From the NCBI GenBank assembly GCA_964627825.1, contig CAZVLJ010000005.1:2289-66288 (forward strand): a stretch of 64,000 nucleotides of DNA, in the 5' to 3' direction. The notes under the pieces are model-generated. The model worked only from the letters and a program-made list of their open reading frames with translations. It was not told the origin of the DNA and did not search any database. Numbering within the stretch: position 1 is the first letter of the stretch; every line of letters starts with the position of its first letter. Both the position numbers and the translations under genes were made by a program. Source of the DNA: an uncultured Rikenella sp. GTDB lineage: Bacteria > Bacteroidota > Bacteroidia > Bacteroidales > VadinHA17. Below, piece after piece: positions 9,501 to 18,366 of the stretch.

Positions 9501-9893
9501 TCAGATTTTTAAGAGTTTTCTTACTTCCTGTTCAAGCTGCTCGGGCCTCACCCCTTTCTCAAGGTAGAGATCAGCCCTGATCCAGTCGCGATCCTGCTCT
9601 CCGCTGAGCCCGAAAGTGATGCCAGTCTCGCGTGAGACTGCCGTAGCTAGTATCACCGGCACGTCGGGATACCTCCTTTTAAGCTTGTAACAGAGGATAA
9701 AGCCGCTGTCATCACTCTCCATCATCAGGTCAAAGACGGCTATGTCAGGCTTCATTTTGGCAATTACCTGTTCTGCTTCAGTCTGGCTCTCCACGGCTAT
9801 CACCTCGAAGCCGGCCTTACGCAGGTAAAAGGCTGTCTGGAAGAGATAATCGGGATCATCATCAACCAGCAGTACGGTATATACTTTGTTCAT
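9501..9893 (-). CDS. Single-domain response regulator (REC only)
   Basis: 130 aa. LLVDDDPD, phospho-acceptor context AVFDLMME, conserved T/K positions (LATAV, YLEKG). No output domain. Confidence 0.85.
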   Translation of the reverse strand: MNKVYTVLLVDDDPDYLFQTAFYLRKAGFEVIAVESQTEAEQVIAKMKPDIAVFDLMMESDDSGFILCYKLKRRYPDVPVILATAVSRETGITFGLSGEQDRDWIRADLYLEKGVRPEQLEQEVRKLLKI

Positions 9894-9940
9894 TGTAATT
9901 ATTTGTTTTTAAACTTGTTATAATGCATTCACAATCATGC

Positions 9941-11905
9941 TTATTCAGGTCTCCTCGGGAGAATTATTTTAAATGTGGTGCCGGTGTCCCCCCTGGACGG
10001 ATCACTGTTTGACTCAACGGTTATCTGACCCTTATGCATCTTGACAATACCATAGGTAGTTGCCAGGCCGAGGCCCGTGCCCTTGCCAAGGCCTTTGGTG
10101 GTAAAAAATGGCTCAAAGATTTTTGGTTTGTCCTCATCCCTTATCCCGCTGCCCGTATCCGAAACGACAATTATCACATCGGCCGCTGTATCCTCCAGGG
10201 TAACAGTCAGTGTCCCTCCCTCCGGCATTGCATCAATGGCATTCCGGAAGAGATTGGTTAGAACCTGGGTCATCTGTTCCGAATCAATAGATGCATCAGG
10301 ACTGGTGGTGCGGTCCTCTATTACAGCCTTTACATTGTCAGGAAAGACTACCCCTGCAATGCTGTTTTCGGTAAGCTTCCTGATATCAATGAACTGGTGG
10401 TTCACCTGGTTCTTGCGGGCAAAGTTCAGCAGGCCTCCTACAATCTTCTTACAACGGGCTGCCTGTTCCACAATGAGTTGCAGGTCTTCGCGGACAGGGT
10501 CCTCAGTAGTGCACTCATCAAGCAGAATGTTGCTGTACATAATGACCACACCAAGGGGATTATTCAGCTCATGGGCAATGCCAGCCGACAGCTGTCCCAT
10601 ATGTGCAAGCTTCTCTGATTGTTTGAGAGCATTCTGCATGGTGGTAAGCTTGGCGTTGGAGAGAGCGAGATCCTGAACTGATCTGTGCAGTTTCTCAATT
10701 GTATACGGCAGGCACATCTCTTCCTCGGCCAGTCCCTTGATTATGGCAATGGCATGGTCATAGCATGTTTCATAGCCACATGCGCCGCAGTTAAGATGAT
10801 CCTTCTCCGTCAGCTTGCCCATTGAGGCGAGGACCTGTTTTACCTCCTCACTGGCAGCTGACATCTGGCGCTTATCTTCAGGACGGTAACGGACAGAGAG
10901 GTCGAGCCTGTCATATAACTCAACATTTTTCTTCCACTCCACTGTATTCAGAGAGGCCATTTTATCCTGTGCATAAGCGCTCACCAGGGCTCTCCTGTTG
11001 TACTGTTTGCCGCCCTTGCTCATGCCGGGACCCATGATGCATCCCTCACAGCAGAGCAGCTCAAGATGCTGACCACCTATCATCCCCTGCTCAAACTCTT
11101 TAATTGCTTCCTGGAAATCAGTCCTTCCTTCTGCTGCAATAATATTTCCTGTTATGGCATCATCATTGACCCCGGCAGTCTGTAACAATCCCCTGGTCAC
11201 AGGGAAGATGGCCCCTCTTCCTCCCAGCGGCGGATCGAACTCCGAAGGTTCTACTGAGTCAGGAGTAATGCCGGCTGTCTCAATCATCTCACGAAGCTCA
11301 ATGAACGTTATGGCCACATCCACCTCCGCGTTCTCAGCTTTCTTGGCCACACAGGGACCGACAAAGACCACGGAGAGGTCATCTCCGTATTTCTTCCTCA
11401 TGACCCTGGTCATTGCCACCATTGGTGAGACTACCGGCACAAGGTTCTCTGTCAGGTCAGGATGATAAAATCTTATAAACGATACTATGGCAGGACAATC
11501 TGATGAGATATAGTTCTGTTTTCCGGCCTCGCTGATCAGTTGACGGTAGCGGTGCGCCACCAGGTCAGCCCCGAAGGAGACCTCGGACACATAGTCAAAG
11601 CCAAGTGATCTAACCATGCCTACAACCTTCTGGTAATCAGTTCCTTCATAGAACTCCGCAGGGAAACTGGGTGCAATGATAGCAGCTTTCCTTCCCGGTC
11701 TGGCCAGTACTTTTTTCACCAGGTCCACGGTATTGACAAAGACCTTGGCTCCCTGGCTGCATACCTTGGTGCAGTTACCGCAGGCGATGCACCTCTCGGT
11801 TATCACCTCAGCCTGTCCGCCAACTATCCGTATGGCCCGGGCAGGGCATTCTCTGACGCAGGTATAACATGTACGGCAAAGCTCTTTTATTGTATATACA
11901 AGCAT
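9941..11905 (-). CDS. [FeFe]-hydrogenase-like (H-domain) putative sensor fused to a histidine kinase
   Basis: N-terminal 2x[4Fe-4S] ferredoxin motifs ([23 protein letters not shown]). H-domain with variant motifs [16 protein letters not shown] and [13 protein letters not shown]. Four-Cys motif [14 protein letters not shown]...MCLPY. Then H-box AHELNNPL and ATPase boxes NAIDAM, DTGSGI, GTGLGL. Confidence 0.8.
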   Translation of the reverse strand: MLVYTIKELCRTCYTCVRECPARAIRIVGGQAEVITERCIACGNCTKVCSQGAKVFVNTVDLVKKVLARPGRKAAIIAPSFPAEFYEGTDYQKVVGMVRSLGFDYVSEVSFGADLVAHRYRQLISEAGKQNYISSDCPAIVSFIRFYHPDLTENLVPVVSPMVAMTRVMRKKYGDDLSVVFVGPCVAKKAENAEVDVAITFIELREMIETAGITPDSVEPSEFDPPLGGRGAIFPVTRGLLQTAGVNDDAITGNIIAAEGRTDFQEAIKEFEQGMIGGQHLELLCCEGCIMGPGMSKGGKQYNRRALVSAYAQDKMASLNTVEWKKNVELYDRLDLSVRYRPEDKRQMSAASEEVKQVLASMGKLTEKDHLNCGACGYETCYDHAIAIIKGLAEEEMCLPYTIEKLHRSVQDLALSNAKLTTMQNALKQSEKLAHMGQLSAGIAHELNNPLGVVIMYSNILLDECTTEDPVREDLQLIVEQAARCKKIVGGLLNFARKNQVNHQFIDIRKLTENSIAGVVFPDNVKAVIEDRTTSPDASIDSEQMTQVLTNLFRNAIDAMPEGGTLTVTLEDTAADVIIVVSDTGSGIRDEDKPKIFEPFFTTKGLGKGTGLGLATTYGIVKMHKGQITVESNSDPSRGDTGTTFKIILPRRPE

Positions 11906-11917
11906 ACTCTTATTCTG

Positions 11918-13633
11918 TTAAAGCAAAACATCCCTCTTGCTGAAGTGGGTATGAAATACCTCTTTATCAGCGAGCTCAGAACACTGTTCAAATACCCTGC
12001 CATACAGGCCGGCCACTGCAGCAGACTGTTCGGGTGCCCGCACCGCCTCCTGGTCATCTGTCTGCCATATGAACCTTGAGCGCTGTCTTACTGCCTCCCT
12101 TGAACCGGCGGGCAGCATACCGCCGCCATTGACGCAACCGCCGGGGCAGGCCATTACCTCCACGAGGTCATATTTAGCGCCGGCATCAACCATCTGCCTG
12201 ATCTTTTCCAATCCTTTCAGGCCGTCAACCACGGCCACTGAGTAACTCCTCCCGCCAATAGTGACCATGGTCTCGCGGAAGACCCCGGTGTTCCGCAGCT
12301 TCTTCAGTGCAGGCCTGTCGGCCTCTTTCTCTCCCTTTCTTGCTGCCAGTGACCGCAGCACCGACTCGGTGATTCCACCGGCAGATTCAGCAAGGAGTGA
12401 TGCCGAGCTGCGCAGCTCCATGGGCTCGTCTGCGGGCTCGGGATCGATATTCGTAATGTCAATGCCGTAAAGCACAATAAGTCTTGCCAGCTCCCTGACA
12501 GTCAACACCGTATCAATATCACTTATCCCCTTCCTTGTCATGCTGTCTCTGCGGGCCTCGAACTTCATTGCCGTACAGGGAGTCACTGACACAGTGTAGA
12601 CCCGTGATTTCTCATCGGTTACCGGAACAACCGATTTAATTATTGATCCTGATATCTGCTGTGGTGTTTTGAGAGTTGAGAGAAGGGGCAGCAGTTCAGG
12701 TGTGAACTGCTCGCAATATTTGACCCAGGCGGGACAGGCCGAGACTATGAGCGGTCTCTTTTCCTCGTGATCCTCCGCTTTGATGACAGCATCAGTAAGT
12801 TCGGTTATCAGGATATCAGTTCCTGCTCCGGACAGGAATACTTTATCGAAGCCGGCTTTTCTCAATGCTGCATTGAGCAACCTGTCAAAGTCACGGGTGT
12901 ACTTTACGCCCAGCTCCTCAGCAAGGGCATAGGGTACCAGCGGTGAATACTGTATCACCCGTGTCACGTCGGTCCTGCTGAGCTGTTCCTGAACCTCGGA
13001 GAGGTAATGTTTTTCATGAAGTGCGCCCGTGGGACAAACCAGCACGCACTGACCGCAGTGGATGCAGCTTGAAAAGTTGAAATCGCGGTCCATGGCCGGC
13101 CCCACATGGGTGTATCGTCCCCTGCCTATGAAATCTATTGACGTGGCTGTCACCACCTCCTCGCATACCCTGAGGCAGCGGCCACAGAGTATGCATTTGG
13201 AGAGTTCGCGCACTATGGCGGGGCTCGACTGGTCACGGCGGGGTTTAATCTTGCTGCCGCGTATGCGCCGTTCTCTCACCTGCATCTCATCAGAGAGGCG
13301 CTGGAGCTCACAATCGAGGTTGCGTTCACAATAAAGACAATCATCAGGATGGTTTGAGAGCAGCAGCTCAACAATAGTCTTGCGTGCCCTGATGACCCTC
13401 GGGGAGTGGGTTTTTATCTTCATCCACTCCTCCACTGGTGCCGAGCAGGCAGTAACGAGCCTGTCACGTCCCTCCACCTCCACCACGCACATGCGGCAGG
13501 CACCCGTAGGAGTGAACTCTGCCATCCGGCAGAGGGTGGGTATTATTATGCCGTTGCGATTGAGGGCTGAAAGGATGGTCTCACCCTTTTCCGCCCTGAT
13601 GCTCTTGTTGTTTACTTCAATGGTGAACTGCAT
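11918..13633 (-). CDS. hydA: [FeFe]-hydrogenase large subunit HydA (M3 architecture) with non-canonical H-cluster motifs
   Basis: N-terminal 2Fe-2S motif (CRMAEFTPTGACRMC), His-ligated cluster motif HPDDCLYCERNLDC, two 4Fe-4S motifs (CILCGRCLRVC, CIHCGQCVLVCP). H-domain motifs VSACPAW, TPCTAMKFE and EVMACPGGCVNGGG. Directly downstream of NuoF-like and NuoE-like genes. Confidence 0.85.
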   Translation of the reverse strand: MQFTIEVNNKSIRAEKGETILSALNRNGIIIPTLCRMAEFTPTGACRMCVVEVEGRDRLVTACSAPVEEWMKIKTHSPRVIRARKTIVELLLSNHPDDCLYCERNLDCELQRLSDEMQVRERRIRGSKIKPRRDQSSPAIVRELSKCILCGRCLRVCEEVVTATSIDFIGRGRYTHVGPAMDRDFNFSSCIHCGQCVLVCPTGALHEKHYLSEVQEQLSRTDVTRVIQYSPLVPYALAEELGVKYTRDFDRLLNAALRKAGFDKVFLSGAGTDILITELTDAVIKAEDHEEKRPLIVSACPAWVKYCEQFTPELLPLLSTLKTPQQISGSIIKSVVPVTDEKSRVYTVSVTPCTAMKFEARRDSMTRKGISDIDTVLTVRELARLIVLYGIDITNIDPEPADEPMELRSSASLLAESAGGITESVLRSLAARKGEKEADRPALKKLRNTGVFRETMVTIGGRSYSVAVVDGLKGLEKIRQMVDAGAKYDLVEVMACPGGCVNGGGMLPAGSREAVRQRSRFIWQTDDQEAVRAPEQSAAVAGLYGRVFEQCSELADKEVFHTHFSKRDVLL

Positions 13634-13636
13634 GGC

Positions 13637-15586
13637 TTATTTAACTGTAACAGCACTGAACTTGCATACATCATAACAAATACCGCATCCGATGCACTTG
13701 TCCTCAACAATGAAGAAAGGCTGGAGCCTGGTGCCGTAGATGGCATTTACCGGGCATTTAGCAGCACAGACGGTACACCCGGTACACTTCTCCACGTCAA
13801 TGCTGAATGTTCTCAGTCCCCTACACACATTTGCACGGCATCTTCTGTCAAAGATATGCTCCTCAAATTCCTCCCGGTAGTTAGCCAGGGCGCTGATGAA
13901 AGGGTTTGGTGCCGTCTGCCCCAGTCCGCATAGCGAAGTGTCCTTCATCACCGCAGCGATTGTCTCAAGCTGCATCACCCCCTTGAACCTCTCGAGAGTG
14001 GCGTTGGAGTCCTCACTCAGGGGCTTCCTGACTATGTTTTCAAGTATCTCCAGCATTCGTCCCGTTCCTTCGCGGCAGGGGATGCATTTGCCACAGCTCT
14101 CCCTGTGAATGAACGCCATGTAATACCTCACAAAATCAACCAGGCAGGTGGTCTCGTCAATAATGATGAGCCCTCCTGATCCCATGGCTATGCCGTTTTC
14201 GCGCAACACGTCGAAATCGACCGGCAGATCAAGGTTCTTCTCCGTTATGAAGGTGCCCGAGGGACCTCCTATCTGCAGTGTTTTAAATGCTTTCCCATCC
14301 TTTATGCCATCGGTGATGCCTTCGGCGATTGTTCTGAAGGTGGTGCCCATCTCAACCTCAATGAGGCCCGTGAGCCGTCCCCTGCCGCCCAGGGAAAAGA
14401 GCTTGGTGCCCTTGCTTCCTTCGGTGCCCATTCCACGGAACCACTCCGGACCGTGAGACATGATGAGAGGCACATTCATCAGGGTCTCCACGTTGTTGAT
14501 GACAGTGGGTTTGCCAAAGAGGCCGCTGCTGGTGGGGTATGGGGGTTTGAGCTCGGGCATGCCCCGTTTGCCTTCCAGGCTGGCTATCAGCGCTGTCTCC
14601 TCGCCACACACGAATGCTCCTGCTTCCTCACGGATGACTATCTCCAGATTAAAGCCGCTGGAGAGGATATTGTGGCCCGTGATACCATACTCCGCGGCGG
14701 CGGCAAGAGCCTTGCGCAGGCGGGCAAGCGGGTGAGGCGATCCCGCCTTGAGATAGATGATGGCACTTGATGCCCCGATAGCATACGCAGCAATGCATAT
14801 TCCTTCAATAAGCCTGTGCGGGTCGCCTTCAAGGACAGACCTGTCAGCATATGATCCGGGGTCACTCTCCTTTGCGTTGCAGATCAGGTAGCGGTTATCA
14901 GATGCCGAGTTGAGGGCATACTTCCATTTAAGTCCGGTGTTGAAGCCTCCGCCGCTGCGCCCGCGCAGGCCGCTGCGCTCAACAATATCACAGACCTCCT
15001 CATGCGTGTAATTGCGGATCGTCTTGAGAAAGGCCCTGTAACCTCCCCTGGCAATGTACTCTTCAATGCTCTCCGGATCATAGCATCCGCAGTTGCCCAG
15101 CACAACCCTCTTCTGCAGCCTGAAGAAGGGGATCTCATCAATGAAGGGTATATCATGCCAGGCCTCGAAGCCGTAATTGCCTGATTGTCCGACGAGATCC
15201 TCCTCAGGCATGTCATTGTGGAAGACCCCGTTGAGAAGAGGTTCTACCTTGTCCTCAGTTATATTCCTGAAGACAAGCTTGTTCTTGCCCGGCAGGTGAA
15301 CACACATCACCGGCTCGAATGCGGCAGGACCATGACAGCCGGTGAGCACCACCTCACCCCTGATTTCCATTTCTTCAAGGTACTGCGATGTTGCCGCTGC
15401 CGCGGCTGTACTGCCTGCAATTATTGCAGCCGATCCCGTAGCCACATAGATGACAGGTGCGGAAGGTTTGTCACGACGTATCTCCGAGAGCCGCTTCTCC
15501 GTATCAGCCGGCAGAGTGTCAGAAGCATGGAGCAGTACCTCCCTGATAAGGAATTTCTTCAAATCGGTTTCTGTTTTCTGTTTCAT
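13637..15586 (-). CDS. hydB: NuoF-like flavoprotein subunit HydB of a trimeric (bifurcating-type) hydrogenase
   Basis: 649 aa. FMN/NADH motif GRSGGGFNTGLKWKY, 4Fe-4S motif ESCGKCIPCREGT, C-terminal 2x[4Fe-4S] (CTGCTVCAAKCP, CIGCGICYDVC). Confidence 0.85.
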   Translation of the reverse strand: MKQKTETDLKKFLIREVLLHASDTLPADTEKRLSEIRRDKPSAPVIYVATGSAAIIAGSTAAAAATSQYLEEMEIRGEVVLTGCHGPAAFEPVMCVHLPGKNKLVFRNITEDKVEPLLNGVFHNDMPEEDLVGQSGNYGFEAWHDIPFIDEIPFFRLQKRVVLGNCGCYDPESIEEYIARGGYRAFLKTIRNYTHEEVCDIVERSGLRGRSGGGFNTGLKWKYALNSASDNRYLICNAKESDPGSYADRSVLEGDPHRLIEGICIAAYAIGASSAIIYLKAGSPHPLARLRKALAAAAEYGITGHNILSSGFNLEIVIREEAGAFVCGEETALIASLEGKRGMPELKPPYPTSSGLFGKPTVINNVETLMNVPLIMSHGPEWFRGMGTEGSKGTKLFSLGGRGRLTGLIEVEMGTTFRTIAEGITDGIKDGKAFKTLQIGGPSGTFITEKNLDLPVDFDVLRENGIAMGSGGLIIIDETTCLVDFVRYYMAFIHRESCGKCIPCREGTGRMLEILENIVRKPLSEDSNATLERFKGVMQLETIAAVMKDTSLCGLGQTAPNPFISALANYREEFEEHIFDRRCRANVCRGLRTFSIDVEKCTGCTVCAAKCPVNAIYGTRLQPFFIVEDKCIGCGICYDVCKFSAVTVK

Positions 15587-16050
15587 TTCAGATCAGCCAG
15601 GGCTTTGAGTTTTGCAATCATCGCCGGAATATCCTCCGGCCGGATATGAGTAAAGTACTTTTCATTCACATAGATGACAGGTCCTTCATTACACCCTCCC
15701 TGACACGCCGTCAGTTCATAACTGAACCTGCCATCACGGGTAGTCTGCCCCGGCTCAATGCCCAACGCCTCCTTCACGGCAGTAACCACACCCCCGGAAC
15801 CATTTATGAAACAAGTCGTTCCATTACATATACGCAGATGGATCCTGCCTTCAGGAATGAACCTGAAACGGTCATAAAAGGTAGCCAGCCCATAAATCTT
15901 GGTGGTTGACATATGAAGGAACCTGCCAATGCTAACTATAGCATTCTCAGAGAGATATCCCTCTGCCTCCTGTACGTCCTGAAGGATCGGGATAAGGTTT
16001 TCATGACTCCCCTCCCTGTAGCGGGTCAGTATTTCCTCTATCTTGCTCAT
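15583..16050 (-). CDS. hydC: NuoE-like thioredoxin-fold [2Fe-2S] subunit HydC
   Basis: 155 aa. Cys pattern ICNGTTCFINGSGG...CQGGCNEGPV typical of NuoE/HydC. A 4-nt overlap with the hydB start. Confidence 0.85.
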   Translation of the reverse strand: MSKIEEILTRYREGSHENLIPILQDVQEAEGYLSENAIVSIGRFLHMSTTKIYGLATFYDRFRFIPEGRIHLRICNGTTCFINGSGGVVTAVKEALGIEPGQTTRDGRFSYELTACQGGCNEGPVIYVNEKYFTHIRPEDIPAMIAKLKALADLK

Positions 16051-16081
16051 CTTTAGTTTGATCTGATTATCCGGGCAAATG

Positions 16082-16112
16082 CAAAGCTACTTCTTTTTGT
16101 TGTTATTTCAAA
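16082..16112 (-). promoter_or_regulatory. Candidate Bacteroidota-type promoter for the hydCBA operon (-33 TTTG / -7 TAgcTTTG)
   Basis: Read on the minus strand: TTTG (16112..16109), a 19-nt spacer, then TAGCTTTG (16089..16082). This lies about 32 nt upstream of the hydC ATG at 16050. Pattern match only. Confidence 0.4.
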
Positions 16113-16134
16113 AACAATGTTATTTTATTAACAA
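16100..16134. promoter_or_regulatory. Two adjacent Rex-operator-like inverted repeats
   Basis: TTGTTATTTCAAAAACAA (16100..16117) and ATGTTATTTTATTAACAA (16117..16134), compared with the published Rex consensus TTGTTAA-N4-TTAACAA. Box 1 overlaps the predicted -33 element of hydCBA. rex is encoded in the same operon. Confidence 0.45.
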
Positions 16135-16219
16135 TTAACGACTGAAATTCTCAGTTCCCTGATGTAAGCGATTAAATTTATTGTACTTTTGAGATAGCAT
16201 GTAATAAAATATCAGATTC

Positions 16220-16465
16220 TTGGGACAATCGCACAGCATAGAGATCTGCCTTGGAAGTTCCTGTTTTTCCAGAGGTAACAGGGAGGCGGTTCAGATAATA
16301 AAGGAGTACCTCAGGAAGAATCACCTGGATGACAAGGTGGTGCTCCGGGGAGCCCGCTGCATGAATCATTGCAGTGAAGGTCCGGTCATCATTATTAACG
16401 GAAATACTTTCTTCAGTACAGGCATTCAGGATATTGAAAAGATACTGGAGAGAGAGCTGGTATGA
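16220..16465 (+). CDS. Small thioredoxin-like [2Fe-2S] ferredoxin (NuoE-fold, HfsA-like)
   Basis: 81 aa. Cys pattern ICLGSSCFSRGN...CMNHCSEGPV. Apparent TTG start at 16220 (no in-frame ATG). Immediately upstream of the H-domain-PAS gene. A TActTTTG -7-like box lies at 16184..16191. Confidence 0.65.
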   Translation: MGQSHSIEICLGSSCFSRGNREAVQIIKEYLRKNHLDDKVVLRGARCMNHCSEGPVIIINGNTFFSTGIQDIEKILERELV

Positions 16466-16488
16466 CATGATACACCAACGCATTGATT

Positions 16489-18366
16489 ATGAAGATCCCC
16501 GATCAGGTAATATACATTAATGAGGATAAGTGTCGCAACTCTTATTCATGTGTCAGGGCGTGCCCTGTAAATGCAATCGAGGTCAAGCCCGAGAGGGCGC
16601 ACCCGGTAATCATTGCCGACAGGTGCATAGGGTGCGGGCTCTGTTTTCTTGCCTGTTCACCAGGGGCCATTGAGTTTATGGATTCGAAGGGCCGTGCAAA
16701 GGAGATACTGCAATCGGGCCGTCCTGCTGCTGCCCTCATTGCCCCCAGCATAGCATCTGAGTTTGATGATATCACTGACTATCGCAAGTTCGTGGCCATG
16801 ATACGCAAGTTGGGATTCACCTATGTGCATGAGGTCTCATTCGGAGTTGACCTGGTAGCCTATGCCTACAAAAAGCTCTTCGAGGAGTCGAGCGGCAAAT
16901 ACTACATCACGGCCAACTGTCCATCCATTGTTGAGATGATAGAGAAGTATCATCCTCACCTGGTGCCTAACATGGCCCCGCTGGTTTCGCCGCTTATAGC
17001 CACGGCCATGGTCACGCGCGATCTTTATGGAGAGGAGGTGGCCAATGTGTTTATCGGGCCATGTATTGATATCAAAGCTGAAGCTGACCTGTACAGTGAC
17101 AGGAACCTGGTTGAAGGGGTTCTGACCTTCATTGAGATTCGCCAGCTCTTTGAAGAAAACAACATCCAGGAAAAGACTGTCAAGATGTCTGAGTTTGATC
17201 CTCCCTTTGGCAATTGGGGAGCACTCTACCCCTACCCTGCAGGCATACTGCAGGCAGCGGGCATCAAGCGTGACCTGGTCTCAAGCCAGGTGATCACCGC
17301 CTCCGGGGCTGAGGATGTGAAGGAGGCAATCAATGATTTTGACCATCACATTGATACAATCAGGCATCACTTTAACCTCTTCTTCTGTCCGGGGTGTATG
17401 CTGGGGCCGGGTATGATCAGGCACGATGAGCGCTACCGGCGCCGGTCACTGGTCAAGCAATACGCTGAGAAACGTGTGGAGGTGCTTGACAAGAAACAGT
17501 GGCAGAAGGATATGGACCGTTGGTCAAAGCTTGATCTCACCCGCACCTTCAGGGCCAATGACCAGCGTATTCCCGAACCAACGCCTGAAGCGATAGGCGA
17601 GGTGCTCAAGATAATTGGCAAGGATAACCGGTCAGAGGAGCTTAACTGCAATGCCTGTGGTTACGGCTCGTGCCGCGAGTTCGCATCAACGGTGGCCAAG
17701 GGGCTTGCGGTGCCGGAGATGTGCCACACCTATAACCTGCGAAACAAGCAGGAGTACATTGAAACACTTCGTCAGACCAACAGGAAGCTTTCAGAGACCA
17801 AGAAAGCCCTGAAGGACTCGGAGGAGCAGGCCATGCGTGAAAAGGATGCGGCACAGGATGCCTCTGACACCATGAACAGCATGCTCAACAAACTGCCCAA
17901 CGGGGTGGTCATCGTTGACAATGAGCTGAAGATCCTTCACTCCAATGAACGTTTTCTGGAGATCATAGGTGAGGATGCCAAGGCCATAGCCGAGATCATT
18001 CCCGGGCTCAGGGGGGCTGACCTGAAGACTCTGATGCCGTTCAACGTTTACAATATATTCTCTTTCGTGCTGCGCGAAAATGAATCAGTCATCAGCAGGG
18101 ATGTGCAGCTTGAGGATCATATGTTCAATGTCTCAATCTTCCCCATACGTCAGAACAGGATTGCCGGGGCAGTGATACGTGACCTGTTCTCACCCGAGGT
18201 GCAGCGTGAGGAGGTGATCACCAGGGTTTCAGACGTGATAGACAAGAACCTTGATATGGTGCAGAAGATAGGATTCCTACTCGGTGAGGGTGCCTCCGAG
18301 ACGGAGAAGATGCTCAACTCTATTGTTGAATCATTCCGGCAGAAGAAAAATGAACCGGGAAAATAA
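16489..18366 (+). CDS. [FeFe]-hydrogenase-like putative sensor with C-terminal PAS domain (HydS/HfsB-like)
   Basis: 2x[4Fe-4S] motifs (CRNSYSCVRACP, CIGCGLCFLAC). H-domain variants TANCPSI, GPCIDIKAE and NLFFCPGCMLGPG. Four-Cys motif LNCNACGYGSCREF...MCHTY. A coiled segment, then a PAS-like region (LPNGVVIVDNELKILHSNERFLEIIG). ATG 16489 preferred over the TTG at 16483. Confidence 0.8.
   Translation: MKIPDQVIYINEDKCRNSYSCVRACPVNAIEVKPERAHPVIIADRCIGCGLCFLACSPGAIEFMDSKGRAKEILQSGRPAAALIAPSIASEFDDITDYRKFVAMIRKLGFTYVHEVSFGVDLVAYAYKKLFEESSGKYYITANCPSIVEMIEKYHPHLVPNMAPLVSPLIATAMVTRDLYGEEVANVFIGPCIDIKAEADLYSDRNLVEGVLTFIEIRQLFEENNIQEKTVKMSEFDPPFGNWGALYPYPAGILQAAGIKRDLVSSQVITASGAEDVKEAINDFDHHIDTIRHHFNLFFCPGCMLGPGMIRHDERYRRRSLVKQYAEKRVEVLDKKQWQKDMDRWSKLDLTRTFRANDQRIPEPTPEAIGEVLKIIGKDNRSEELNCNACGYGSCREFASTVAKGLAVPEMCHTYNLRNKQEYIETLRQTNRKLSETKKALKDSEEQAMREKDAAQDASDTMNSMLNKLPNGVVIVDNELKILHSNERFLEIIGEDAKAIAEIIPGLRGADLKTLMPFNVYNIFSFVLRENESVISRDVQLEDHMFNVSIFPIRQNRIAGAVIRDLFSPEVQREEVITRVSDVIDKNLDMVQKIGFLLGEGASETEKMLNSIVESFRQKKNEPGK

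Noticed and set aside
10077-10676. 199-aa plus-strand ORF antisense to the H-domain histidine kinase (plus similar ORFs at 11154..11465 and 14148..14456)
   Set aside because: Ser/Pro/Thr-rich translations opposite strongly supported CDSs; treated as noise.
16178-16483. 101-aa minus-strand ORF in the divergent region, overlapping the small 2Fe-2S gene
   Set aside because: Antisense to a CDS with a clear thioredoxin-like 2Fe-2S Cys pattern. It has no motifs and would collide with the plus-strand operon.
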